Virus record (IMG/VR): IMGVR_UViG_3300029171_000021
Coordinates: 1 to 40,196 of that record
Reading direction: 5' to 3' (one strand)
From: a virus
DNA: 40,196 nt
Positions 7,657 through 15,399 of the stretch are shown here, piece after piece (position 1 is the first letter of the stretch; each line of letters starts with the position of its first letter). Under the pieces are notes generated by a model. That model did no database searches. It was given only the letters and a program-made list of their open reading frames with translations, and was not told where the DNA came from. A program made the position numbers and the translations under genes.

Positions 7657-7965
7657 ATGCAAACTAAAAAACCAAAGCGTTGGAAGGGCAAACTAACTAA
7701 GGCATACAAGTATGCTGTATTAATTCCTGAGACAGACCGCTTAAAGTACCACCCTCAGAACCACCCTGCTTATAGAGAGCTGAGGGATTTTATATATGAG
7801 TATTACATAAAGTTTGATGTGGCCAATAAGCCTATCATGCTTACCACGCTTTGCTTGAAAATCAAGTCAAAGTGTTTAACTATGCCCGAATACAAAGATA
7901 GGGTAAGACCGTGGAATGAGATAATAGCAATAATTAACAGTACCCTTTCACCCAAACAAACATGA
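7657..7965 (+). CDS. Hypothetical basic protein (102 aa), first gene of the rightward arm
   Basis: ORF ends in an ATGA overlap with the next gene (7962). No motif recognised. Confidence 0.5.
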   Translation: MQTKKPKRWKGKLTKAYKYAVLIPETDRLKYHPQNHPAYRELRDFIYEYYIKFDVANKPIMLTTLCLKIKSKCLTMPEYKDRVRPWNEIIAIINSTLSPKQT

Positions 7966-8801
7966 AACAAATGCCTTATGCCCCATGGTATTTTGGAGAT
8001 TTCCTTAATTCCCTGAGTGTCCAGATGATGAATGCAGAAGAAGTGGGCTGTTATTGTCTGCTGTTATTTAATCTGTATCAGAATGGTGGAAAACTGCCAA
8101 ATAAGCCTGAAGCACTCAAAGTTTTATGCCGTGGCATAGCCGTGGCATTGCCAGTGCTTGCCAACTTCTATGTTGATGGTGAATTTTTACGACACAAGCG
8201 AGTAGACAAAGTTATGCGAGATTTCTCAGAAATGTCTGCCAGACAAAGTGCGAATGCTAAAAAACGTTGGATTAAAGATACAAAAGAACCCATGCCACGG
8301 CATGAAAGTGGCATAGCCATGGCATCCGAACGGCAATACCAATCAAAATCAAAATTAAAATCAAAAGAAAGCATTCAAGGTTTAGTGAATAAACCATGTT
8401 TAGTTAGCGAAGGCTCAGAAACTTACAACACAGCAAAGCAGTTATGCGAAACAGAAGGGATCAGATTTGGTATTCCTTACCAGTATTTCAAGAAATTCGA
8501 GATGGAATACGATAGTAAGAATATCCTTGAAGGAGTCAAGTCTGCTGCTTCTTACATGCTCTCCAAGGGAAATGACTCACTCTCCTATGCGAATGTTCAG
8601 CGCTTCATGAGAGATTTCCCATTCAAGGCAAGAGACACAGTCAAAGATGATCCTCAGAAATCAGCAGCTTACGAGGCAGCTATGAGCAGAGAAGAACACC
8701 TCAAGACCAAGGAGCTGCAGAAGGCTATAAGACTTAAGAAACTTAACCAAAACGAACATGAAAACATTACAAGCACATCACAAGAGCCAGTTGGAAATTG
8801 A
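7962..8801 (+). CDS. Replication initiation/organiser protein with N-terminal DUF1376-like domain (279 aa)
   Basis: N-terminus PWYFGDFLNSLSVQMMNAEEVGCYCLLLFNLYQNGGKLPN fits the DUF1376 pattern seen in phage replication proteins. Sits immediately upstream of the DnaB-like helicase and contains iteron-like repeats. Confidence 0.6.
   Translation: MKQMPYAPWYFGDFLNSLSVQMMNAEEVGCYCLLLFNLYQNGGKLPNKPEALKVLCRGIAVALPVLANFYVDGEFLRHKRVDKVMRDFSEMSARQSANAKKRWIKDTKEPMPRHESGIAMASERQYQSKSKLKSKESIQGLVNKPCLVSEGSETYNTAKQLCETEGIRFGIPYQYFKKFEMEYDSKNILEGVKSAASYMLSKGNDSLSYANVQRFMRDFPFKARDTVKDDPQKSAAYEAAMSREEHLKTKELQKAIRLKKLNQNEHENITSTSQEPVGN
8126..8370. repeat. Iteron-like repeats plus A/T-rich tract inside the initiator gene; putative origin of replication
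   Basis: Tandem 11-mers GCCGTGGCATA/GCCGTGGCATT at 8128..8149. Palindromic 12-mer ATGCCGTGGCAT at 8126..8137 and its reverse complement ATGCCACGGCAT at 8292..8303. 18-mer GTGGCATAGCCGTGGCAT (8131..8148) recurs as GTGGCATAGCCATGGCAT (8308..8325). An A-rich tract with repeated AAAATC follows at 8336..8370. Confidence 0.55.
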
Positions 8802-10008
8802 GATACTCAGATCTATCTCATTCACTCCACGCTTTTTAGAGATGTTTGACCTCAAGGAAGACGACTTTGGAACACCTGTAAATATCAAGATCTTCAAACG
8901 CATGGTAGATTTGAGAATGGAGAACAAGGAAATCAATCTGATGAACCTCTACGCACATGGCAAGCTCACTGTGGATGATTTGCGTGGGGTTATTTCGACC
9001 GATTCCATGTTTACCGACAAAATCTACTACCAGTTGCCAAAGGACTTTATAAACGCATGTCAAATACTTCGTGAAGATAACAACAAGCGAAAGATTTTGA
9101 GATATGTTGAGTGGGCTGACAACAGTGACGACTTCTTACAACAGATGAGAGATATAGAGAATGGTGGCATTGGAAGTCTGAACGAAACATTTGAGAAGCA
9201 GCTGGAAGCCTATCTAGAACGTAAGAAGAAACTCAGGGAGCAACAAATAGCTGGCAATCCTATTGGCCTCTTTACCAGCTGGGTAAAGTTCAATGAGCTA
9301 GTGGCAGCACAGCCTGGAGAGATGGTAGTAATAGGCGCTAGGCCTAGTATTGGAAAGACTTCTATGGCTCTTGACATTGCAATAGAGGCAGCAGCATTTG
9401 GCCAGAAGGTTCTGTTTGTATCCATGGAAATGCCAGAAGACCAAATCTTTGACAAGATATTTGCTTATCTGAATGATGAGCCTATCTGGAAATACAAGTA
9501 TGGCAAGGCAAGTGAAGCGGATATCAGAAGAGAATTTGAAGCCATTAAGAAGAATTTTATCTTGCGTTATCGACCAAAACTTACTACTGCACAGCTCTCA
9601 AGGCTGATATGTTTGGAATCTAATCTAGATGTTGTGGTAGTTGACTATTTGCAGCTATTAAGGGATACTCCTACTAGAGGAGAGAATGAGAATAACAGAC
9701 TTGGCAAAATATCCAGTAATCTCAAAATGATGGCAGGAGAACACAGAGTTGTAATGATTGTTCCTGCTCAGCTTAATCGTGAGAATGAGAAGGCAAAGAG
9801 AGAGCCAATGCTGTCAGATCTGAGAGACTCAGGCTGCATAGAACAAGACGCTGACATTGTTGGATTATTACACAGGAGCGACAGGGCAGCTACAGATGCC
9901 AAGCTGATCATAGCAAAGAACCGTAACGGTAAAACAGGTGTATTGCACTTTTGGTTTGCCCCAGAAGTCAGCAAATTCAAGGAAGCTAACGAAATTATCA
10001 ATGACTGA
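8758..10008 (+). CDS. dnaB: DnaB-like replicative DNA helicase (416 aa)
   Basis: N-terminal DnaB-like LEIEILRSI... segment. Walker A GARPSIGKTS, Walker B/DnaB motif VVVVDYLQLL, and C-terminal LSDLRDSGCIEQDADIVGLLHR...KNRNG, all typical of the DnaB family. Confidence 0.85.
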   Translation: MKTLQAHHKSQLEIEILRSISFTPRFLEMFDLKEDDFGTPVNIKIFKRMVDLRMENKEINLMNLYAHGKLTVDDLRGVISTDSMFTDKIYYQLPKDFINACQILREDNNKRKILRYVEWADNSDDFLQQMRDIENGGIGSLNETFEKQLEAYLERKKKLREQQIAGNPIGLFTSWVKFNELVAAQPGEMVVIGARPSIGKTSMALDIAIEAAAFGQKVLFVSMEMPEDQIFDKIFAYLNDEPIWKYKYGKASEADIRREFEAIKKNFILRYRPKLTTAQLSRLICLESNLDVVVVDYLQLLRDTPTRGENENNRLGKISSNLKMMAGEHRVVMIVPAQLNRENEKAKREPMLSDLRDSGCIEQDADIVGLLHRSDRAATDAKLIIAKNRNGKTGVLHFWFAPEVSKFKEANEIIND

Positions 10009-10261
10009 TAGAGAGATAACAGATTATGACAGGCAAAAGATGATACAGCTCAACAGAGTATCTCAATTATTTCTTGACACGATCTGTACTACATTCGATA
10101 CTAACGATGTAGTTATCTCCTTTGGCTACATGACTCCTAACGGAATAATAGCCAGCAGATGTATAGTTGCAAATCATGCAAAGAATGTAGATATGATCAT
10201 CTTTCAGATGACTTGGAGCATATATAACTCCATCAATAACAAAGGTTTAGAATCTATTTAG
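10001..10261 (+). CDS. Hypothetical protein (86 aa)
   Basis: Track ORF trimmed to ATG 10001 (MTDREITDYD...), overlapping the dnaB stop by 8 nt. Confidence 0.45.
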   Translation: MTDREITDYDRQKMIQLNRVSQLFLDTICTTFDTNDVVISFGYMTPNGIIASRCIVANHAKNVDMIIFQMTWSIYNSINNKGLESI

Positions 10262-10278
10262 CACATAACAATACGCAT

Positions 10279-10503
10279 ATGCAAAAGGTCAAAGTAAAAA
10301 CAGTTCAAGTTCCCTTCGGCTTGGAAGACACTATTGCCAACAGAGTGAATGAAGAGCTGGACTCTTTGGGAATAACCAGAGAGACACTAGTCAGTATAGA
10401 TATTAAGCCAGTGCCTATGTATCAGATATCAGCAGGGAACGGAGATATTAAGATCAATAATGGAGCAGTTGCTACTATCATTTACCTAGTGGACAAATGG
10501 TAG
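10279..10503 (+). CDS. Hypothetical protein (74 aa)
   Basis: ORF in the operon. No motif recognised. Confidence 0.45.
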   Translation: MQKVKVKTVQVPFGLEDTIANRVNEELDSLGITRETLVSIDIKPVPMYQISAGNGDIKINNGAVATIIYLVDKW

Positions 10504-10736
10504 AGACTGTTAGCACCCCAGAAGAAGAGTGCTACTATGAGCTAGCCATCTTGTACGCCTCTGATATAGGAGCTGAGATAGATTATACATTGCTGGAATA
10601 TGCAGTGGTTACAGCAGCCATCAGACATAGGCTTAGAGGAGTAAATGCACAGTTCATAGAAGACAGTATTGAGGATTTGTGTCAGGCCGAAAACATTACA
10701 ATACATTTAATTATGGCACGTGACAAAATTAGTTGA
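10497..10736 (+). CDS. Hypothetical acidic protein (79 aa)
   Basis: ATG 10497 overlaps the previous stop (10501..10503). No motif recognised. Confidence 0.45.
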   Translation: MVETVSTPEEECYYELAILYASDIGAEIDYTLLEYAVVTAAIRHRLRGVNAQFIEDSIEDLCQAENITIHLIMARDKIS

Positions 10737-10761
10737 CATTCGCAAACAGATCAGTAATAAT
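10733..10761 (+). promoter_or_regulatory. Sigma70-like promoter P1 (TTGACA-N17-AATAAT) in front of the nucleotide cassette
   Basis: TTGACA at 10733..10738, exact 17-nt spacer, AATAAT at 10756..10761, 30 nt upstream of ATG 10791. A CACGTGACA motif lies just upstream (10717..10725). Confidence 0.6.
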
Positions 10762-10790
10762 TTATTTATAATCTCATAACAATCAGAACA

Positions 10791-11519
10791 ATGAGTAAAC
10801 GAAAGAAGCCAGTATTTAATCTCCTCATGCCTGCAGAAGTAGAGCTAGAGGGATTGAAGTTTGTTATCCGACCAGAGACAAGCGACTGGAAGAGTATCGC
10901 AGAAGTTGTAGGCCAGAGGGCTTACGAGAGACAATATTTCAAGGTAGAAGAAGGTGAGACTTGGCTTGACCTTGGAACATACGTTGGAGCATTCTCAGTA
11001 TGGGCAGCTAGCAAAGGGGCAAAGGTTATTGCCTTCGAGCCAGACAAATCTGCTTATGAGATGGCACAACAGAATATCATGTTCAACGAATTGTCAGACA
11101 GAGTAGAGCTGCTAAATGTAGCTGTAGACTTGGAGGCTGGCATTAAACCATTCTATGTCAACAGCATGAATGGTAATCTGTGGAGAAATAGCTTGATCCA
11201 TAAATGGGGCGGTGGCACAGAGACTCAAATCACAGCTGTAGATTGGAGAGCTTGGCTTAAAGATGGCATCTGTATTAAGATGGATATTGAAGGCTCAGAA
11301 GTTCCATTGCTTGAGAATCTTCCTGAAGATGTAAAGATCAAGAAGATGGTATTCGAGTATTCCTTTGACATTTGGCCAAGTATTGCCAAGTACAATGAAA
11401 TTATCGAGAAGCTTAAGACAAGATTCAGAGTAGTCAAGTATAAGAAAATCAAACCAGAAGTAACTGAATGGCCTCAGAGCTGGCAGCCAGCCAACGCCAT
11501 GATCTTCTGCTATAATTAA
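10791..11519 (+). CDS. SAM-dependent methyltransferase, FkbM-like (242 aa)
   Basis: Motif-I-like WLDLGTYVGAFSVWAASKGAKVIAFEPDKSAYEMAQQNI... and the later IKMDIEGSE resemble the FkbM (Methyltransf_21) family. Substrate unknown. Confidence 0.65.
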   Translation: MSKRKKPVFNLLMPAEVELEGLKFVIRPETSDWKSIAEVVGQRAYERQYFKVEEGETWLDLGTYVGAFSVWAASKGAKVIAFEPDKSAYEMAQQNIMFNELSDRVELLNVAVDLEAGIKPFYVNSMNGNLWRNSLIHKWGGGTETQITAVDWRAWLKDGICIKMDIEGSEVPLLENLPEDVKIKKMVFEYSFDIWPSIAKYNEIIEKLKTRFRVVKYKKIKPEVTEWPQSWQPANAMIFCYN

Positions 11520-11553
11520 CAGACAAATCTTTTATATCATAACCCAAACAAAC

Positions 11554-12129
11554 ATGAGACTTGTCATACTAGAGGGCGCTGACGGTGTAGGAAAGAGCAC
11601 TGCAATAGCCAACCTCGATTATCTTTACAAAGATAATGAGAATTACAAATTCTTCCACGTACCAAAGCCTGCCAAAGATTTGTCTATGAAGACAAAGATG
11701 GTGGAGTATTGGAGAGATATGCTGACTAAGGCTTTCTCAGGATACGAGTTTACACATGACTCAGTATTCATTATGGACAGATCACCAGTAGGGAATCTGA
11801 TCTATGGCAAGAGAAAGAAAGACCAGCCCTATCTTACTTACGACCAGTTAGTAGATATATTCGACTGGCTGGCCGTGGGTTTTGATAGAGTTGACGTTAT
11901 TCTTCTGCATTGCAGCGATGAAGTATTGAAGCAGCGTGTAGATTCTAGAGGTGACGACTATGTCAAGTCAGATGAGCTTATTGGCATTCAGAATGATTAC
12001 TTGGAAGTCTGGAAGAAGCTGGACAGGAATTACAAGATCAGAGGCGATATCTACTTCTGGAAAGCACCTAGAGACGGCACAGAGCACAGAATTGTAGATT
12101 ATATCCAAGATAAATTAGCAAGGAATTAA
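11554..12129 (+). CDS. Thymidylate kinase-like dNMP kinase (191 aa)
   Basis: P-loop ILEGADGVGKST (compare Tmk E-G-x-D-G-x-G-K-[ST]-T) and DRSPVGNLIYG (compare Tmk DR-x-x-x-S-x-x-AYQ). Confidence 0.7.
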   Translation: MRLVILEGADGVGKSTAIANLDYLYKDNENYKFFHVPKPAKDLSMKTKMVEYWRDMLTKAFSGYEFTHDSVFIMDRSPVGNLIYGKRKKDQPYLTYDQLVDIFDWLAVGFDRVDVILLHCSDEVLKQRVDSRGDDYVKSDELIGIQNDYLEVWKKLDRNYKIRGDIYFWKAPRDGTEHRIVDYIQDKLARN

Positions 12130-12149
12130 TAATTTAACCAAACAAACAA

Positions 12150-13109
12150 ATGCTATATTCGTACACAGATGCAGAGAGGATCAAGACTATCTATCCACAC
12201 CTAATAAGAGACTTGCTGACTTACGGCAAGGAAGCTGCAAAGCCTAGAGGCAAGGCGACCAAAGAGCAATACAATGTTGGCTTTGTTCTTACTGATGCTC
12301 ATAATAGCGTAGTCACTAGCCCACTACGCAAATTCAACTATGCTTACGCTGCTATTGAGATGGTAGGATTATTGCAGCATGGCATGAAGAATGTAGAGCC
12401 ATATACTTACTACAATTCAGTAATGAAGAGCTTCCTGAACACTGATACTAATCAGTGGGATGGTAGCTATGCTACACGCTTAACAATGTACGAGCAGCTA
12501 AGAGAGATGTACAAGATATTGAAAGCTGATCCAGATAGCAGACGTGCTGTAATCGGCATCTACAATCCACACCATGACTTCCATGAATACGAGTCAAAAG
12601 ATATCTGTTGCACTCTTAACCTGATCTTCAGGCTCAGGAACGGCAAATTGAGCCTGACTTGTACTATGAGAAGCAATGACATTCTTCTTGGCCTTCCATA
12701 CGACCTGACTCAATTCACATTCTTACAATCTGTCCTTGCTAAGTGGCTTGGAGTGGAGATGGGAGAATATTACCACTTCGCTGCAAACTTCCACGCTTAT
12801 GATACAGACTATGAGAAACTCTGGAATATTGCTAACGAAAATGGAAAGTACGAAGATCCAGAGACGTTCAGCAGCATGCCTGACTGGGATATCGCTGACA
12901 TTGATGAGACTTTCGCTGATGTACAGAGATTCTTTGCATGGGAGAAGTTCTTAAGAGACATGGACAAGCTTTCAGTTGAAGAATTATCCAAAGCCTTTAC
13001 TAACAATAATCTTGAGGCGATCAAATCTAAAGTGCTTACAGACCTCTTATTAAATACGATTATTCCATACATCGCAAAGAAAAAGCAGAAGTCTGCGAAA
13101 ATAGTTTGA
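12150..13109 (+). CDS. Thymidylate-synthase-fold pyrimidine C5 enzyme, dCMP hydroxymethylase-like (319 aa)
   Basis: LKADPDSRRAVIGIYNP ... DICCTLNLIFRLRNGKLSLTCTMRSNDILLGLPYDLTQF aligns with E. coli ThyA (NDPDSRR ... [36 protein letters not shown]). It also aligns with T4 gp42 as I recall it (NPDSRRG ... MCTNTVQY ... MRSNDVVFGFRNDYAWQ). Nucleophile Cys154 is at 12609..12611. Asp185 (12702..12704) occupies the position of ThyA Asn177 / T4 CH Asp179. Confidence 0.7.
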   Translation: MLYSYTDAERIKTIYPHLIRDLLTYGKEAAKPRGKATKEQYNVGFVLTDAHNSVVTSPLRKFNYAYAAIEMVGLLQHGMKNVEPYTYYNSVMKSFLNTDTNQWDGSYATRLTMYEQLREMYKILKADPDSRRAVIGIYNPHHDFHEYESKDICCTLNLIFRLRNGKLSLTCTMRSNDILLGLPYDLTQFTFLQSVLAKWLGVEMGEYYHFAANFHAYDTDYEKLWNIANENGKYEDPETFSSMPDWDIADIDETFADVQRFFAWEKFLRDMDKLSVEELSKAFTNNNLEAIKSKVLTDLLLNTIIPYIAKKKQKSAKIV

Positions 13110-13134
13110 CTTTGATTTTGGAACGTGAAATAAT
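13106..13134 (+). promoter_or_regulatory. Sigma70-like promoter P2 (TTGACT-N17-AATAAT); member of the conserved 30-bp element class
   Basis: tttgactttgattttggaacgtgaaataat at 13105..13134, 22 nt upstream of ATG 13157. Confidence 0.65.
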
Positions 13135-13156
13135 TAACTCACAATAAGACAGACAG

Positions 13157-13720
13157 ATGGATAAAATACAAAGACAATTCAAAGTTAAGAGAGGAGATAG
13201 AACAATTCTATACCCATTCACAACTTACAGCGTTATCTTCCAAGGCAACATGCACAGCCAGATAGCCAATGCGCTGTATAAATATCTTGCTGCTGTTATG
13301 ACAGAAGGCTGTCCAGCAGAAGATAGGAGATCAGTAACGAGTGAGCCAGTATTGATGATTCCTACTAAGCAAGTCGCTGGAAGTGATCTATCACTAATAA
13401 CACAGAAGACTGACTATAAGGGTAATGGCAAATATCAGCATGATCTAGTGCAGAGTTATTTTCTGGATAATGACGCACACGCCTTAGCTATTGAAGTACC
13501 AGTATGGGATAACGAGCTACTCGGCCATATCGATCTTATCAGACTATTTCCAGACAAGATTCAGGTCTGTGACTTCAAGCCTAAAGCGCACAAAGAATCC
13601 AAGGCAGCCAGCCAAGTACATAGATATATTGATCTTCTGAGCCGTGCTACTTGGCTACCACGCCACCTATTCGAGGGTGTATATTTCGATGAACAATACG
13701 CATATTATATAACCAAATAA
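13157..13720 (+). CDS. PD-(D/E)XK nuclease, RecB/Cas4/lambda-Exo-like (187 aa)
   Basis: Motifs GHIDLIRL ... VCDFKPK ... ASQVHRY give D ... D-x-K ... Q-x-x-x-Y, the RecB-family nuclease signature. Directly upstream of the annealase-like gene. Confidence 0.55.
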   Translation: MDKIQRQFKVKRGDRTILYPFTTYSVIFQGNMHSQIANALYKYLAAVMTEGCPAEDRRSVTSEPVLMIPTKQVAGSDLSLITQKTDYKGNGKYQHDLVQSYFLDNDAHALAIEVPVWDNELLGHIDLIRLFPDKIQVCDFKPKAHKESKAASQVHRYIDLLSRATWLPRHLFEGVYFDEQYAYYITK

Positions 13721-13724
13721 TTAT

Positions 13725-14360
13725 ATGGCACAAGGTAAAGCAAGTCCAGTCAAAGCGCTGGCAAATGGCTACTTCTCCAAAGATGTTGTAGCAAAATTCG
13801 ACTCAGTTCCCTTTGAAGACAAACTCACAATCTTGCAGATCACTCCTGCAACATACATCAAGGAACGTGAGATTGGAGGCAAGACTGTAAAATTCATTGA
13901 ACACACTTATGCTAAGAAGTGCATGAATTTTATATTCAACTTCCTAGTAGATAGTGAAGTAGTGAGAGAAGACTGGAATGAATATCAAGAAGAATATTAC
14001 GATTATAAAGACAAGAACTGCAAGAAGTCTCAGGCAGGCAAAATCATTCCTATTAAGAAGGAAAGAACAGTGACAGAGGCAAGTGTAGTAATGAAATTCA
14101 CAATGACATATCCTGATGGATCTATCCACTCAAGAACAGTCAGGGCATCACATAAAGGCTATCCAAATCCAGCACTGACAAAATCCAACATCATGGAAGC
14201 TGCACACTCCAAGACATGGAGCAAGCTCGCAGCCACTTATGGAGTCGGTTCAGAACTGGATAAGGTTCAGGAAGACAAGGCTTACGAACAGCCAGAGGAA
14301 GTAGAAACAGTAGTAGAAGAAGCAACTGAAAAGTCATTTGCACCTAAAGTAGGATTTTAA
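13725..14360 (+). CDS. Rad52/Sak-like single-strand annealing protein (211 aa)
   Basis: YIKEREIGGKTVKFIEHTYAKKCMNFIFNF..., then VVMKFTMTYPDGSIHSRTVRASH ... EAAHSKTWSKLAATYGVGSEL, fit the Rad52-family pattern (R-x-x-g-g-x-x-l-x-Y-i ... N-x-x-F-g ... dG ... A-x-x-x-A-x-K-x-a-x-x-x-f-G-x-G). Acidic C-terminal tail. Confidence 0.5.
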   Translation: MAQGKASPVKALANGYFSKDVVAKFDSVPFEDKLTILQITPATYIKEREIGGKTVKFIEHTYAKKCMNFIFNFLVDSEVVREDWNEYQEEYYDYKDKNCKKSQAGKIIPIKKERTVTEASVVMKFTMTYPDGSIHSRTVRASHKGYPNPALTKSNIMEAAHSKTWSKLAATYGVGSELDKVQEDKAYEQPEEVETVVEEATEKSFAPKVGF

Positions 14361-14383
14361 TATATCATTAATAACAAACGAAC

Positions 14384-15142
14384 ATGTCAAATATACCTTA
14401 CAAAGATTATCTAGAAGCTGCAACAGTAGCAGAGACTAATCTTGTTCCATTTCAGCAACAGGCCAGTAGCATCATTGTTAAAGATGAAGCTACTCAGAGA
14501 CAGGCAGTAGAAGCAGTGAGCCAAGTCAAAGCTAATCTGAAGAGATTGGAAGACTTGAGAACCTTCTTTACTAAGCCTCTTAATGACCAAGTTAAGGCAA
14601 TCAATAACAAATTCAAGTTATTGGCTGAGCCTCTTGAAGGTCTTGAAGTTAAACTCAAATCCACCATTACTAAATACATGGTAGAACAAGAGAGACTAGC
14701 AAGAGAAGAAGCTGACAGAGTGGCCAAGGTTCAGGCAGAGGAAGCAAGAAAAGCAAGAGAGGCTGCAGAAGCAGCTGAACGAGCAGCAGTAGAATTGCGA
14801 AGAAAAGCAGAAGAAGAGGCTAAGAGTGAAGCCCAAAAGCAGAAGCTACTTGACCAAGCTGATAAAGTTGAGGCAGCAGCCAAGGAAGTTGAACAGGCAA
14901 TTATTGCTAATCCTACAGAAGTTGTAGAAGCGCCAAGCAAGACAGTCCGTTCTGATAGTGGCAAAGCCACCCTCAAGAAGACATGGACTTGGAAAGTAAC
15001 AGATGAAGCCCTCTTTATGGCCTGCCACCCTGAACTATTCATTATCGATACTAAGGCAGTCAACAAACTTATTGCCAATGGTACTAGAGTCATGGACGGC
15101 TTGGAAATTTACGAGGAAGCAAATATTTCAGTAACAGCATGA
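14384..15142 (+). CDS. Hypothetical coiled-coil protein (252 aa), A/E/K-rich centre
   Basis: Long ORF in the recombination module with a central EEARKAREAAEAAERAAVELRRKAEEEAK stretch. No confident family assignment. Confidence 0.5.
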   Translation: MSNIPYKDYLEAATVAETNLVPFQQQASSIIVKDEATQRQAVEAVSQVKANLKRLEDLRTFFTKPLNDQVKAINNKFKLLAEPLEGLEVKLKSTITKYMVEQERLAREEADRVAKVQAEEARKAREAAEAAERAAVELRRKAEEEAKSEAQKQKLLDQADKVEAAAKEVEQAIIANPTEVVEAPSKTVRSDSGKATLKKTWTWKVTDEALFMACHPELFIIDTKAVNKLIANGTRVMDGLEIYEEANISVTA

Positions 15143-15399
15143 GGACTATGGAGCAAATGAAAGAGGCGATATCTGAACTGACAGGACAGTTAATAGAGCT
15201 AACAAGAAGCAAAGACTTTCTCAGAACTGCAGAGGCTAATAACATTTTACAGATAGTATATGTTTGCAGAAGAGGTCTAGAGTCTGGCGAAATGGGCTTT
15301 ATGGAAGCAGACGACACATTGCATCAAGTGGCACAACGAGTGCAGTTTCTTTTGGAAAATCCTAACCATGCTGGTCAGCATGAAAAGCACAGACAATGA
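15139..15399 (+). CDS. Hypothetical protein (86 aa)
   Basis: ATGA overlaps at both ends (15139, 15396). Confidence 0.45.
   Translation: MRTMEQMKEAISELTGQLIELTRSKDFLRTAEANNILQIVYVCRRGLESGEMGFMEADDTLHQVAQRVQFLLENPNHAGQHEKHRQ

Noticed and set aside
8168-8374. - strand 68-aa ORF across the iteron/A-rich region
   Set aside because: It is antisense to the initiator gene in an otherwise purely + strand operon. Its apparent openness is explained by the repeats and the A-rich tract.
10071-10105. TTGACA-N17-GATACT inside gene 10001..10261 as an additional promoter
   Set aside because: The -10 matches only 4 of 6 positions and differs from the (C/A)ATAAT of all other promoters. It lies inside a coding region with no downstream gene start nearby.
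13105-13134. Bacteroidota-type promoter reading (TTTG at -33, TAnnTTTG at -7) of the conserved elements
   Set aside because: TTTG is present, but the only TAnnTTT-like strings lie about 5 nt downstream instead of ~19 nt. The same elements fit TTGACT-N17-(C/A)ATAAT perfectly in all copies.
14494-15093. Long antisense ORFs (14494..14727, 14731..15093, 14846..15028) opposite the coiled-coil gene
   Set aside because: The GAA/GCA-rich coding repeats of the + strand gene give stop-free antisense frames (Ser/Ala/Leu-rich). They are not independent genes.
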